From assembly GCA_965219995.1 (NCBI GenBank), contig CBDCOX010000002.1:3456001-3520000 (forward strand): DNA of 64,000 nt. Direction: 5' to 3'. A model generated the notes under the pieces. That model was not told the origin of the DNA. It saw only the letters and a program-made list of their open reading frames with translations, and ran no database searches. Origin of the DNA: Candidatus Latescibacterota bacterium. GTDB lineage: Bacteria > Latescibacterota > UBA2968 > GCA-2709665. A program made the translations under genes and the position numbers. Shown here piece after piece: positions 30,185 to 40,038 of this stretch (positions are counted from its first letter, which is position 1; every line of letters starts with the position of its first letter).

Positions 30185-31009
30185 TCAGCCGATCTCAACG
30201 ACCAGCCCGTCCTCCGCCACGAGCACCTCGCCGCCGTATCCGCCCCTGATCTCTTCCGCCATCTGGTACGGGGCCGTCCGGTCTCCCGTAATATCTTCGA
30301 TCACCAGGTGTTTGATGATTACGCGCTTCACTTCGGATTCCCGCGCAATGCTCGCAATATCGGCGGGCGTGATGTGCCAGGCGCCCCAGGGCTGTGTCGC
30401 CAGGAACTCCGGCGTTCCGGAACACTCGATGGCGAGGACGTCCGCGCCTCGGCAAAAGTCCGGGAAGTCCTCATCGGGCGTTCCGTCTCCCGTAATGACC
30501 ACGCGACGGTCGCCCGCGTCGACCCGGTAGGCCAGTGTCGGGATATTCCCGTGATCGGTGAGTGTCGCGGAAACCCGGTAATCGTCCTGTTCCAGGAAGG
30601 GGTGATTTCCGTCCACTTCAATCACCTCCGGATCGAGCGGCCGGATGTCCTTTCCGTGGCTCAGCCGGCTGTTGATGTCCTGTACAAAGGGCGGCCGGAT
30701 GATTCGCTCCACGAAATCCCGGGTGCCCGTGGGACCGTAGATTTCCAATCGGCGATTCCGCACCTTGACCCATCCCGCGAAGACCAGATAGGGCACATCG
30801 ACAATATGATCGAAGTGCAGATGCGTGAGCAACAGCCGGTCCACCTCCTCGCATCCCACGCCCGCGCGCGCCAGGTTCGTGCAGGCGCTCCGGCCGCAGT
30901 CGAACATCAACACCTCGTTACCGATCCGAAGCATCTGCGCAGGACCGCCGCGAAACGGGTTGTCCCGGACGGCGCCGCTGCCCAGCATTACAAACGTCAT
31001 TCCAGCCAT
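30185..31009 (-). CDS. MBL-fold metallo-hydrolase (RNase Z/AtsA-like)
   Basis: LGSG, DCG, THLHFDH and TGD motifs. Confidence 0.88.
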   Translation of the reverse strand: MAGMTFVMLGSGAVRDNPFRGGPAQMLRIGNEVLMFDCGRSACTNLARAGVGCEEVDRLLLTHLHFDHIVDVPYLVFAGWVKVRNRRLEIYGPTGTRDFVERIIRPPFVQDINSRLSHGKDIRPLDPEVIEVDGNHPFLEQDDYRVSATLTDHGNIPTLAYRVDAGDRRVVITGDGTPDEDFPDFCRGADVLAIECSGTPEFLATQPWGAWHITPADIASIARESEVKRVIIKHLVIEDITGDRTAPYQMAEEIRGGYGGEVLVAEDGLVVEIG

Positions 31010-31033
31010 GTCTCTCGCTACCTATAGAAGACT

Positions 31034-31115
31034 TGAACTTACATGGATGGACAGGATGAACAGGACAAAAGACCAAAAAGCGCGAGAAAGGCACGAGAAG
31101 ACGAGAAGCGGCAGT
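31034..31115. repeat. Dispersed ACATGGATGGACAGGAT element, copy 2, with extended tail
   Basis: Shares the core and a GCGCGAGAAA...GGCACGAGAA.ACGAG tail with 34369-34450. Confidence 0.8.
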
Positions 31116-31190
31116 ATGTTCGCCGGGTACGTCTGAAGCGACGCCCCCGCGAATGGAACGCAAACTGCCAATTTGCGGTACGGAAACCGG

Positions 31191-32267
31191 TTAATTCGAT
31201 GTGCAGGGTTTATGTTGATACGCTTCCAACGTCTTCTCCGCAATCGACTCCCACGATAACGCTTTCGCCCGCTGAAACGCGCCTTCCGATATGGCCGTCA
31301 GGTCGCGCTCCCGGATATTCTTCATGGCCCGCTCGAGCCCATCCCCGGCCCTGGCGTCGTATATGATTCCGGAGCGATCGTCCAGCAGTTCCGGAAGGCA
31401 ACCGATGCCGGGTGCGATAACCGGCCGCGCAAATGACATCGCCGTAATCGCCGAGCCGGAAGTCAGCATATCCACGAAGGGCAGCACCATGACGTCCGCA
31501 GCGTTAAAGAATAGCTGGAGTTCTTCGTCAGGGAAGAATTCGGCCGTTTGCGTCAGAATCCTCGGATCGCCGGCATGCGCCCGGGCGACCACCTCCGCGC
31601 TGTAATCGCTGTTCAACTTGGCGGCGAGGAGCAACCTCAAGTGCTCGCCGGGCAGCCGGGAGAAGATTTCGAGCAGGCTCTCGACGCCTTTGTAGCGTTT
31701 CACGTTCCCGAAGAACAGGTAGACGAACGCTTCATCGACGATGTCCAATTCTCGCCTGGCCTCGTCGCGCGACATCGTATTCTCGTACACATCGATAAAG
31801 TGTCCGTGGGGTATCGTAAATATGCCATGCGTCCGGTGAAAGTGCGCCGCCACCTGCCCGCGACCGTACTCGCAGTGCACGATGAGGGCCGTCGCAAGCT
31901 GCGTTATGGCGAGGCGTGCCAGACGATCCAGGCCCGGATGCGGACGCTCGTGGGGATACAGATTGTGGACCGTCCATACAATTCTGTAACCCAATGACCG
32001 CGCGCGGGTCAGGTGGCCGATCAGTTCAGAGCACTTTCTGACGCTCTCGCCCGTATCGGCCGTGTTGTACATGTACGACGGCCAATTCAGGTGCAATACG
32101 TCCACCCTGTCGCGGTTTTCCACCAGCCACGATTCGCTCAGATCCTCGTCGTATCCGGCTTCGAGGTCTACCCCGAGTCCGGCCATCGCCCTCGCGAGCA
32201 AGGGTCCATAGGGATTGTTCCCTTCGAACCCGAGACCCGCCTTCCCCCAATAGAACACCACCCGCAT
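31191..32267 (-). CDS. Glycosyltransferase family 4 (GT-B)
   Basis: WTVHNLYPHE, FFGNVKRYKG, ADVMVLP and SGSAITAMSF motifs. Confidence 0.88.
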   Translation of the reverse strand: MRVVFYWGKAGLGFEGNNPYGPLLARAMAGLGVDLEAGYDEDLSESWLVENRDRVDVLHLNWPSYMYNTADTGESVRKCSELIGHLTRARSLGYRIVWTVHNLYPHERPHPGLDRLARLAITQLATALIVHCEYGRGQVAAHFHRTHGIFTIPHGHFIDVYENTMSRDEARRELDIVDEAFVYLFFGNVKRYKGVESLLEIFSRLPGEHLRLLLAAKLNSDYSAEVVARAHAGDPRILTQTAEFFPDEELQLFFNAADVMVLPFVDMLTSGSAITAMSFARPVIAPGIGCLPELLDDRSGIIYDARAGDGLERAMKNIRERDLTAISEGAFQRAKALSWESIAEKTLEAYQHKPCTSN

Positions 32268-32298
32268 ACGTGTCTCCGTGTGAGCCGAATCTCTTCCC

Positions 32299-32315
32299 TG
32301 ACAGCGACGTCGGGA
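32299..32315. repeat. 17-bp direct repeat TGACAGCGACRTCGGGA, left copy
   Basis: Matches 34313-34329 with one mismatch. Confidence 0.65.
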
Positions 32316-32331
32316 ACCGGACGCTACTCCC

Positions 32332-34290
32332 CTACAACAACATCCTCGTAACGCTCCGGCTCCACTGTTTCTGAAAGTACAGGTCTCCGTTCAAATATAC
32401 GTTCAGTCCCAGGTTCATCACAAAACAATCCTCGTTGCTCGTAAGCGAACCGGTCGCTTCGGAACGCACGTCGCACCCCGGCCACGCCACCGTCGCCTGC
32501 TTTTTCGAACGGGCCCAGGCCTCCGCCGGCGCCCGGTTCGACACGCCCATCTCACCTTCTCCACCGAAGAGAATGAAACGGTACCTGTCTTCCAGCACAT
32601 CGTGTACCACCTGCCACGGCGCGTCGCCGGACCCTGTGGGTCTTGCCGCATGGGGCGAAGAAGAAAACGCGAACGCCGGATCCGCACCGCCGTTCCAAAC
32701 CGGCAACTCGATCCTCGACGGAAATTCCGGTCCCCAGTGTACCGTGATTCGACCGGCCCGGGGCGTAGGCCAGACGTTCGGGAAATCGGATCCGTTGACG
32801 CTGATCCCCATCCGGAATCCCTCCCGGAATCGCCACGCTGTCGCTTCCATATGAAACGCAACCCGGGCGATCTCGCCCGGAACCAGCGGGACGGCACGAT
32901 CCATTCCCTCCCGCCGGGTCGAGTTCAGTATCCCTTTTGTCACGAGCACGCTGGACCCATCCGGCGCAATCTCCAATAACCGTACCGCTACGGGTACCAC
33001 GTCCACGTCAGAACTGATATACAGGCTGAATTTCGGGGACCCCAGGATCGACACCGGCTTCGCAAGGGGATGTGACGCAAAGTTGATCGCTCGCGCCGAA
33101 TCCACCCGCTGGTCTCCCGGCAGCGTAAAGGGCGTCCCGCCGTCCCACAACCCCCCGTTTCGACACGCAGCCGGCAGGTAATCTTCGGAAGCATCGCCCG
33201 CTTCGGCAGCGGGACCTTCGGAAAGTGCTCTGCCGTGAAGAAAGTACGACCGGGGCGGCTGCCGCGGCAGATCGGCGGCCATCCGCCATTCCCCGGCAAT
33301 GATAGTGCGATCTGTCACCGGCTCCTCATATTCACGCTGGTATAACTGTACTTGCGGCTCTTCCGTAACTCCGTTATCCATCTGCTTCAACCAGCGGTCC
33401 CACCAGCGCAACAGTTCGTAGAAAATGTCGATACGGGGTCCGCAGTGCGACTGGTCTCCGTAAGCGTGGGACCACGGCCCCATCAGCAGACGCTTGGGGG
33501 CGTCCAACGCGCGGTACACCCGCAACGGCGGCGTCGGGTATCCGTCGTTCCAGCCGCCGATCAGCAGGGCCGCGGCCCGAATTCGATCGTATCGTCCTGC
33601 AATCGATCCCACCGCCCAATAGTCATCCTCCACCTGGTGGGAGATCCACTTCAGGAGGTACGGCTCGCTCTCTTCGAGCCGCTGCCGCCAGATTTCGCTC
33701 CACCGCTCGCCGACGGCCTCGCGGAACGGGGGCAGCCCGTTGCGCGCCACCATGTTCAGGCCGTAGGTCAGCATGTCGTAAAACCCGCGAAGACATCCGC
33801 CCTTGTAATGACAGTCGTCCGTATACCTTCTGTCCGTAAAATACGCCGGCGCGATCGCTTTCAGCGCAGGGGGGGCCGTGGCCGCAACCTGGAGCGTCGT
33901 GAATCCGCTATAGGACGTCCCCAGCATACCCACGCTGCCATTGCACCACGGCTGGTCCGCCAGCCAGGCGATGGCATCGTACCCGTCCCGCGTTTCCTCC
34001 ACCATATATTCGTCCTTGCTCACGCCCTCCGAATTGCCCGTCCCCCGTGCGTTCAGATAGACGAACGCATATCCCCGCTCGGCGAAATACCGGGCCATGG
34101 ACCCTGTCGTTCCGTCGGATCCGCTGCGATACGGGTCGTACCACACCAGCGCGGGAAACGCGCTATCGGACACCGGCCGGGTGATCGCCGCGCCCAGCGT
34201 GATTCCGTCGCGTGTTGGAATTCGATATCGATTGCTCGTGCGGAACCCGTACTCAGCCGGGGAACAGATTTGCCTCTTCGAGATGTCCAC
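32332..34290 (-). CDS. CocE/NonD family serine hydrolase
   Basis: RDG..L, RGTGNSEG, G.SY.G nucleophile, GGWND and GPWSH motifs. Confidence 0.92.
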   Translation of the reverse strand: MDISKRQICSPAEYGFRTSNRYRIPTRDGITLGAAITRPVSDSAFPALVWYDPYRSGSDGTTGSMARYFAERGYAFVYLNARGTGNSEGVSKDEYMVEETRDGYDAIAWLADQPWCNGSVGMLGTSYSGFTTLQVAATAPPALKAIAPAYFTDRRYTDDCHYKGGCLRGFYDMLTYGLNMVARNGLPPFREAVGERWSEIWRQRLEESEPYLLKWISHQVEDDYWAVGSIAGRYDRIRAAALLIGGWNDGYPTPPLRVYRALDAPKRLLMGPWSHAYGDQSHCGPRIDIFYELLRWWDRWLKQMDNGVTEEPQVQLYQREYEEPVTDRTIIAGEWRMAADLPRQPPRSYFLHGRALSEGPAAEAGDASEDYLPAACRNGGLWDGGTPFTLPGDQRVDSARAINFASHPLAKPVSILGSPKFSLYISSDVDVVPVAVRLLEIAPDGSSVLVTKGILNSTRREGMDRAVPLVPGEIARVAFHMEATAWRFREGFRMGISVNGSDFPNVWPTPRAGRITVHWGPEFPSRIELPVWNGGADPAFAFSSSPHAARPTGSGDAPWQVVHDVLEDRYRFILFGGEGEMGVSNRAPAEAWARSKKQATVAWPGCDVRSEATGSLTSNEDCFVMNLGLNVYLNGDLYFQKQWSRSVTRMLL

Positions 34291-34312
34291 CGGTCATTCC
34301 TCACCTTTGTGT

Positions 34313-34329
34313 TGACAGCGACATCGGGA
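34313..34329. repeat. 17-bp direct repeat TGACAGCGACRTCGGGA, right copy
   Basis: Matches 32299-32315 with one mismatch. Confidence 0.65.
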
Positions 34330-34368
34330 TTCGTTACCTAAGTTCCTTCAAATCTTAGACCGAGTTTA

Positions 34369-34450
34369 ACATGGATGGACAGGATGGACAGGATGAAAAC
34401 AAAAAGGCGCGAGAAAAACGCGACAACGGCACGAGAATACGAGCAACAGC
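34369..34450. repeat. Dispersed ACATGGATGGACAGGAT element, copy 3
   Basis: ACATGGATGGACAGGATGGACAGGATGAA plus the tail shared with copy 2. Confidence 0.8.
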
Positions 34451-34692
34451 AGCAAATCGATTTACCATAGACCGGACGTCGTCATTCCGGTCAGCCGGTT
34501 CTCATGGATAATTCAGGCAGACAACAGATCCCAGTTTTGGCGATTTTTTCAAGCCAAATGCGGCATGGTTCAGTCAGCAACAACGGCCAAACCCATCGTT
34601 AACGAAAATTACAACCGTTAACATCACGGTCCCGTGGCTTCGACATACTCAGACGACGAGTGATCCGTCAATTCTCTCTGGTTGGAGACACC

Positions 34693-36522
34693 ATGCGTTA
34701 CAGAAGCCTGCGCCACTGCGTCCAGGACCTGGAAAAACAAGGCCACGTCGTCCGCATTCCGGGTGAAGTCGATCCGGATCTCGAAATGGCCGAAATTCAC
34801 CGCCGCGTGTATCAGTCACGCGGTCCCGCCGTGTTTTACGAGAACGTCAAGGGCAGTGCTTTTCCGGCCGTGTCGAACCTCTTCGGCACCCTGGAACGGT
34901 CCCGCTTCATCTTCCGTTCCACGCTGAAGTGGGTCAGGCGTCTTATCGAGATCAAGGCCGATCCACCGGCCTATCTGAAGGCGCCGTGGAAAGCCGCGGG
35001 TATCGCGAGCATCGCCCTGAACATCCCGCCCCGAAAGGTCCGGTCCGGTCCCGTATTTGAACATACAACCACAATCGCCCGCCTCCCGCAGATCAGGTGC
35101 TGGCCGGACGACGGCGGCGCTTTTATCCTGCTTCCCCAGGTGCACACGGAAGATCCGATGAGTCCCGGTATCCTCAATTCCAACCTCGGGATGTACCGCA
35201 TCCAGATGTCCGGCAACCGGTATGAACCCGACACAGAGGTCGGGCTGCACTACCAGATCCGGCGGGATATCGGCATCCACCATACAAATGCCATTGCAAA
35301 GGGCGAGCCGCTTCGCGTCAGCGTCTTCGTCGGCGGACCGCCCGCCCACACGTTCGCGGCGGTCATGCCCCTTCCCGAGGGCCTGCCCGAAGTCGCGTTC
35401 GCGGGAGGGCTGGCCGGCCGTCGTTTCCGCTATGCACTAAAAAACGGCTTCACCGTTTCCGCCGAAGCCGATTTCTGCATCACGGGCGCAGTCAATCCCG
35501 GCGAAACCCTTCCCGAAGGCCCTTTCGGCGACCACCTGGGATATTACAGCCTGGCGCACGAGTTTCCCGTGCTGCGCGTCGACACCGTCTATCACCGCAA
35601 GGACGCGGTCTGGCCCTTCACCGTTGTGGGTCGCCCGCCCCAGGAAGACACCGCGTTCGGCGAACTCATTCACGAATTGACGGGCCCGATGGTCCCTGTC
35701 GAATTGCCCGGCCTCAAGGCCATCAACGCCGTCGACGCCGCCGGCGTGCATCCCCTGCTCCTGGCCATCGGCAGCGAGCGTTACGTGCCCTATCGCGAAC
35801 GGGAACCCCAGGAGATCCTCACCATTGCCAACGCGCTGCTGGGATTCGGCGCGTGCTCGCTCGCCAAGTATCTGCTGATCGTTGCGGGCGAAGACAATCC
35901 GCAACTCGACATTCACGACATCGCGGACTTTCTACGGCATCTCCTCGAACGCGTGGACTGGACTCGCGACCTCCATTTTCAGACCCGCACGACCATCGAT
36001 ACCCTGGACTATTCCGGCACCGGGCTGAACGAAGGTTCTAAGGTCGTGATCGCCGCGGCGGGCCCCAAAAAGCGGGAACTTCCCACCGAAATCCCACGCA
36101 ACCTGGTCCTGCCTTCAGAGCTGAAAAATCCGAGAGTCGCGCTTCCGGGAATCCTGGCCGTCGAAGCGACCACCTTCAGGGCGCCATCCGACGCGGAAGC
36201 GGCGGGGCGACTGGCAACCGCGCTGGAATCCGTGGATCAGATCCGGGGATTTCCGCTGATTCTACTCGTGGACGACGCCGACTTCACCGCGCGGACGCTG
36301 AACAATCTCCTGTGGGTCACGTTTACCCGGTCCAACCCCTCGCACGACGTTTACGGCATTGGGAGTTTCATCGAAAACAAACACTGGGGCTGTCACGGTC
36401 CGCTGATCATCGACGCCCGCCTCAAGCCCCACCACGCGCCGCCTCTCGTTGAAGACCCCGGCGTCACCCGCAAAGTCGACCGCCTGGGCGAGCGCAACGG
36501 CCCCCTGCACGGCATTATCTGA
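34693..36522 (+). CDS. UbiD family prFMN-dependent decarboxylase
   Basis: WPDDGG, NLGMYR.Q, EGPFGDHLGYY and VGRPPQED motifs. Confidence 0.93.
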   Translation: MRYRSLRHCVQDLEKQGHVVRIPGEVDPDLEMAEIHRRVYQSRGPAVFYENVKGSAFPAVSNLFGTLERSRFIFRSTLKWVRRLIEIKADPPAYLKAPWKAAGIASIALNIPPRKVRSGPVFEHTTTIARLPQIRCWPDDGGAFILLPQVHTEDPMSPGILNSNLGMYRIQMSGNRYEPDTEVGLHYQIRRDIGIHHTNAIAKGEPLRVSVFVGGPPAHTFAAVMPLPEGLPEVAFAGGLAGRRFRYALKNGFTVSAEADFCITGAVNPGETLPEGPFGDHLGYYSLAHEFPVLRVDTVYHRKDAVWPFTVVGRPPQEDTAFGELIHELTGPMVPVELPGLKAINAVDAAGVHPLLLAIGSERYVPYREREPQEILTIANALLGFGACSLAKYLLIVAGEDNPQLDIHDIADFLRHLLERVDWTRDLHFQTRTTIDTLDYSGTGLNEGSKVVIAAAGPKKRELPTEIPRNLVLPSELKNPRVALPGILAVEATTFRAPSDAEAAGRLATALESVDQIRGFPLILLVDDADFTARTLNNLLWVTFTRSNPSHDVYGIGSFIENKHWGCHGPLIIDARLKPHHAPPLVEDPGVTRKVDRLGERNGPLHGII

Positions 36523-36528
36523 AGCACA

Positions 36529-37962
36529 TCAATAAAGGTCGTCCGCCGTTGTTGTCGCACACCACCGTGCGGTAAACAACGCGCCCAGCAACGCCTCCCG
36601 GGCCCTGGGCGTACCGATGCGCCTCAAGGCCAGCCCCGCGTAAAACCGGTTGTAGCGGTTCTCGTCCAGCAGGATGTCGACGAGGTCGCCCACCGCCGGG
36701 TCTCCCGCCTCACCGAGATTGCAAAGCAACAGGGCCGCGTTGCGCCGTACCCGGTAGTCGGGATCCTTTACCGACCGGAACACCGCCTGCAGGACGTCCC
36801 CGGAATCCGCCCCGATCGCGCGCAACGCTTCGAGCGCATTGCGACGCACCCACCAGTGGTCGTCGCCGACCTTCTCGAGAAGGCCGGACACCGCTTCTTG
36901 AGCGACCGGGCCCGTGCGGGCGAGCACGTCCGCCGCCATCGCACGAATCCACCAGTGATCGTCCTCGAGCACCTCCAGCAGCGCGGGTACAGCCGGCGCG
37001 CCCATGGTCGACAATGCGCGAGCGGCCGCCCCGGGCGTGGGATTGGTCCCGTGAGCGTTGTCCGCCGTCGTAGCCGTCGTTTCCTCGACCGCAGCGAGTG
37101 TCTCTCTGCGCATCGCGTCGACCAGAACAGGGATCGATGCCCTGTCACTTGCCAGCGCATACGCTGTATTGATACGCACGCACTCGTCCTCGTCGAACAG
37201 CCCGGCTTCCTTTACATCCCCGTTCGCGTCCGCACGCCCGTTGGCGCCCTGCCCCTGCAACCAGCGCCACACATCCTGCGATGCGGCCGGATTGGCGTCG
37301 TCGCGGGGAGGCGTCCAGGCCTGCTCCTGAAGATTCCAGTTGGGCGCACGCGGCGACGTCATACGAGTGAACTGGAATTTCAACATATAACGTTTGTTGT
37401 CGCTCACATTGGGCGTTGCCCGGTGCCAGGAGTCGAAATGCATCAACGTCACAATCCCGGCATCGCCGCAAATGGCATACCCGGGCTCGCGGGTTTCGTC
37501 CGGGTTGGGGTCTGAAATGGTCTTATAGTTCTGCATGCGCGGAATCACACCCGACGGACCCATATCTATCGTGGTGTCCTGCGGATAATAGAAGGCCAGC
37601 ACCCACTGAAAACGTGGATGTCGGATATTGTGGTCGAAGACGTAACAGTCCTTGTGCCAACTCTGCCCGCCGCTTCCCGGCGGATTCAAGTGGCAGTGCC
37701 GGTGCGGATTCATGATATAGTCGGGTCCGAGAAGACTCGTCAATGCGCCGCGCACGACGGGCTGATCGAACACCTTCTGGATTCGGGGTACCCGCGGCAG
37801 AATATTGTTCCCGACGTTGCCTTCCTTTTCGAATACGGTCTCGATCTCATCGTAGATCTTACCGTGCATGTCGGGGATCGCATCGGTCTGTACAGTAATG
37901 TACCCATCCAGAATAAAGCGCTGTATCTGGGCATCCGTCAGAAGATGATTGTCCTGCGCCAT
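36529..37962 (-). CDS. PhyH-family dioxygenase fused to HEAT repeats
   Basis: WHKD and WHRA metal motifs; C-terminal D..WW.R..A..AL HEAT/PBS repeats. Confidence 0.85.
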   Translation of the reverse strand: MAQDNHLLTDAQIQRFILDGYITVQTDAIPDMHGKIYDEIETVFEKEGNVGNNILPRVPRIQKVFDQPVVRGALTSLLGPDYIMNPHRHCHLNPPGSGGQSWHKDCYVFDHNIRHPRFQWVLAFYYPQDTTIDMGPSGVIPRMQNYKTISDPNPDETREPGYAICGDAGIVTLMHFDSWHRATPNVSDNKRYMLKFQFTRMTSPRAPNWNLQEQAWTPPRDDANPAASQDVWRWLQGQGANGRADANGDVKEAGLFDEDECVRINTAYALASDRASIPVLVDAMRRETLAAVEETTATTADNAHGTNPTPGAAARALSTMGAPAVPALLEVLEDDHWWIRAMAADVLARTGPVAQEAVSGLLEKVGDDHWWVRRNALEALRAIGADSGDVLQAVFRSVKDPDYRVRRNAALLLCNLGEAGDPAVGDLVDILLDENRYNRFYAGLALRRIGTPRAREALLGALFTARWCATTTADDLY

Positions 37963-37988
37963 TGCTCGACCTCCTTGTACGTCGGCGT

Positions 37989-39836
37989 TCACCGCGTTGC
38001 CGCGGACCCCGTTGCCCGTGCCATATTCACCGCCTCTACGACCTGCTCAACCGTATAGAAGTCGCTCTTGAACACCTCATGCCCGCCGGACGTATAGATG
38101 ACAAGCAGCGGGATGGTCAACCGGCCGGTATCTCTCAGCTTTTCCTTGCCGACCGGGTTATTGCCGGTTATATCCACCTTGACGGGCGCCACGTCGGGTC
38201 GAGCCAGCACCGTCGCCACTTCAGGACTTTGCAGCACGTTGTGCTCGAGCACTTTGCAGTTCAGGCACCACTCCGCGGTGAAATCCATCACCACAACCTT
38301 GCCATCCTCCAGCGCCTCTTCGAACCGCGCGGGCGTATAGTAAATCCAGTCGATCGGTCCTTTGTCCGTAAACCGCACGGCGCCGATTGCGGAGAACACG
38401 ACGAGTGCCGCGCCAAGACACCCGAAGACCGCCCTTCGTCCGGTCCGGGCGGTGATCTGAAGCGTACCGTAAACCAGCCAGAAGCCGGCGGCAGCGCCAA
38501 ATGCCATTACGGGCCACCAGTATCCCGTGCCCGGAGGGTCCGGAGGCGTGACGACAAGCGCGCTAAGCCCCACGCCCACGAAATAGGCCGCCGCCGCCAG
38601 CATCAACAGCCCCATCACCTGCTTGATCAACTCGCTTGCCGGGCCCGTACGGGGCATCCGGTCCACCAGCGCGGGAAAGATGGACAATGCCAGGTACGGC
38701 GCGGCCATCCCGCCGCCGATCGCGGCGAACGTGAGCAGCGTCGTCCCGGGATACTGCGTGGCTGCCCACGCCGCCGCGGCGCCCATAAACGGCGCGGTGC
38801 ACGGGGTGGAAAGCACCGCCGTCATGATGCCGAAACCGAACGAACCCGCCAGGCTGTCGTGTCCGGGGTTGAACCGGTAGACAGCCTGCGGCAAACGGAC
38901 ATAGAACAGCCCGCACATGCCAACCGCCATGGCGGCAATAATCAGCCCGACCAGAATCGTGAACATCGGATACTGGAAAAGCTGGTTGGTCGCCGTAAAT
39001 CCGCTGATGCCGGCAATCATCGTCCCAAGCGCCAGCCAGAAGGCCACGACGCCCAGAGACATGGTGGTCCCCAGCACGAGACGCCGGGTTGGGTTGTCCG
39101 CGGACTGCGCCAGGCCGATGATCTTGATGGGGATGACAGGAAGCACGCAGGGCGTCAGATTCAGCAACCCGCCGCCGAACGCGGCCACGATGAGAAGCAG
39201 AATCAGACCTGCCCCGGACGACGTATCGATCAGGAACGTCCAGCCGAACAGATCGAAACGCACCCCGGTTCCGGCCGTCCCGGCGTCCGCCGACTCGTAA
39301 TCTTCGAACAACGTGGAATTCATACGGTTTACGTGCTTTCCCGCGCCAACGACAGGCAGCGCCGCCTCCAGTACAACCGTATTCGGAATAAAGCAGGTAA
39401 ATTCATCGCACGCCTGGTACTCGACCTCGAGTTTAAGCCGCTGCGATCCCGGCGGCACCTCCTCGCCCACCTTTATGGGAAGGTAAAAAACCGTCTGACC
39501 CTCGTACACCATGAGATCGCCGTCGGCATAGTCTGCCTGTATCGGATGGGGCTTCGGAAAGCGAACGGCTTCCAGCGTCAGCCCGTCTGCCGCCTCCAGG
39601 ATTCGAACGTCGGAAGGATACGGTTCGAAATCGCCGACAGCCAGCGCCTGCGCCGGATCGGGGTTGATATGAAACCCATCGTCAATATCCACCACGATGG
39701 CCAGCGCCACGAGGTCGCCCGGGCGCGCAGCGTCGACCGGCCAGGCCGTGCTTACCCTGACCTTTTCCTGGGCCGATACGGGTGGATTTGCGAAAAAAAG
39801 TGCAAACGCCAGGGCAATCAAAGACGATTTTTGCAT
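37989..39836 (-). CDS. dsbD: Thiol:disulfide interchange protein DsbD
   Basis: ACDEFTC N-domain, TM cysteines in LTPCVLP and STPCTAP, thioredoxin WCLNC. Confidence 0.88.
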   Translation of the reverse strand: MQKSSLIALAFALFFANPPVSAQEKVRVSTAWPVDAARPGDLVALAIVVDIDDGFHINPDPAQALAVGDFEPYPSDVRILEAADGLTLEAVRFPKPHPIQADYADGDLMVYEGQTVFYLPIKVGEEVPPGSQRLKLEVEYQACDEFTCFIPNTVVLEAALPVVGAGKHVNRMNSTLFEDYESADAGTAGTGVRFDLFGWTFLIDTSSGAGLILLLIVAAFGGGLLNLTPCVLPVIPIKIIGLAQSADNPTRRLVLGTTMSLGVVAFWLALGTMIAGISGFTATNQLFQYPMFTILVGLIIAAMAVGMCGLFYVRLPQAVYRFNPGHDSLAGSFGFGIMTAVLSTPCTAPFMGAAAAWAATQYPGTTLLTFAAIGGGMAAPYLALSIFPALVDRMPRTGPASELIKQVMGLLMLAAAAYFVGVGLSALVVTPPDPPGTGYWWPVMAFGAAAGFWLVYGTLQITARTGRRAVFGCLGAALVVFSAIGAVRFTDKGPIDWIYYTPARFEEALEDGKVVVMDFTAEWCLNCKVLEHNVLQSPEVATVLARPDVAPVKVDITGNNPVGKEKLRDTGRLTIPLLVIYTSGGHEVFKSDFYTVEQVVEAVNMARATGSAATR

Positions 39837-40038
39837 AGGTGAACACTCCTCAAGGCTACATCGTTCCGCACGGCTTCTCCTTCGGGGTAAAGAAACGAAA
39901 AGTGGTCCGGATGGCAACGCTTTTTTCTTTACAAACAACGCGTGTGGGCCTTAATTTATGCCGAAAAATCGCCTTCCAGGCGGTCATGCCGTGCGAGTCC
40001 GATTGAATGTTCCGAACCGCATCCGGAGAATCCCTTCC

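Noticed and set aside
31043-31366. MDGQDEQD... ORF as a repeated peptide family (similar starts at 15921 and 34371)
   Set aside because: Frames diverge after the repeat core, there is no clear RBS, and it overlaps GT4 antisense; a DNA repeat explains it better.
34597-34622. Two CGTTAAC palindromic sites upstream of the UbiD gene
   Set aside because: Too short to distinguish from chance, and no regulator is nearby.
37962-39842. 626-aa plus-strand ORF
   Set aside because: Antisense shadow of dsbD.
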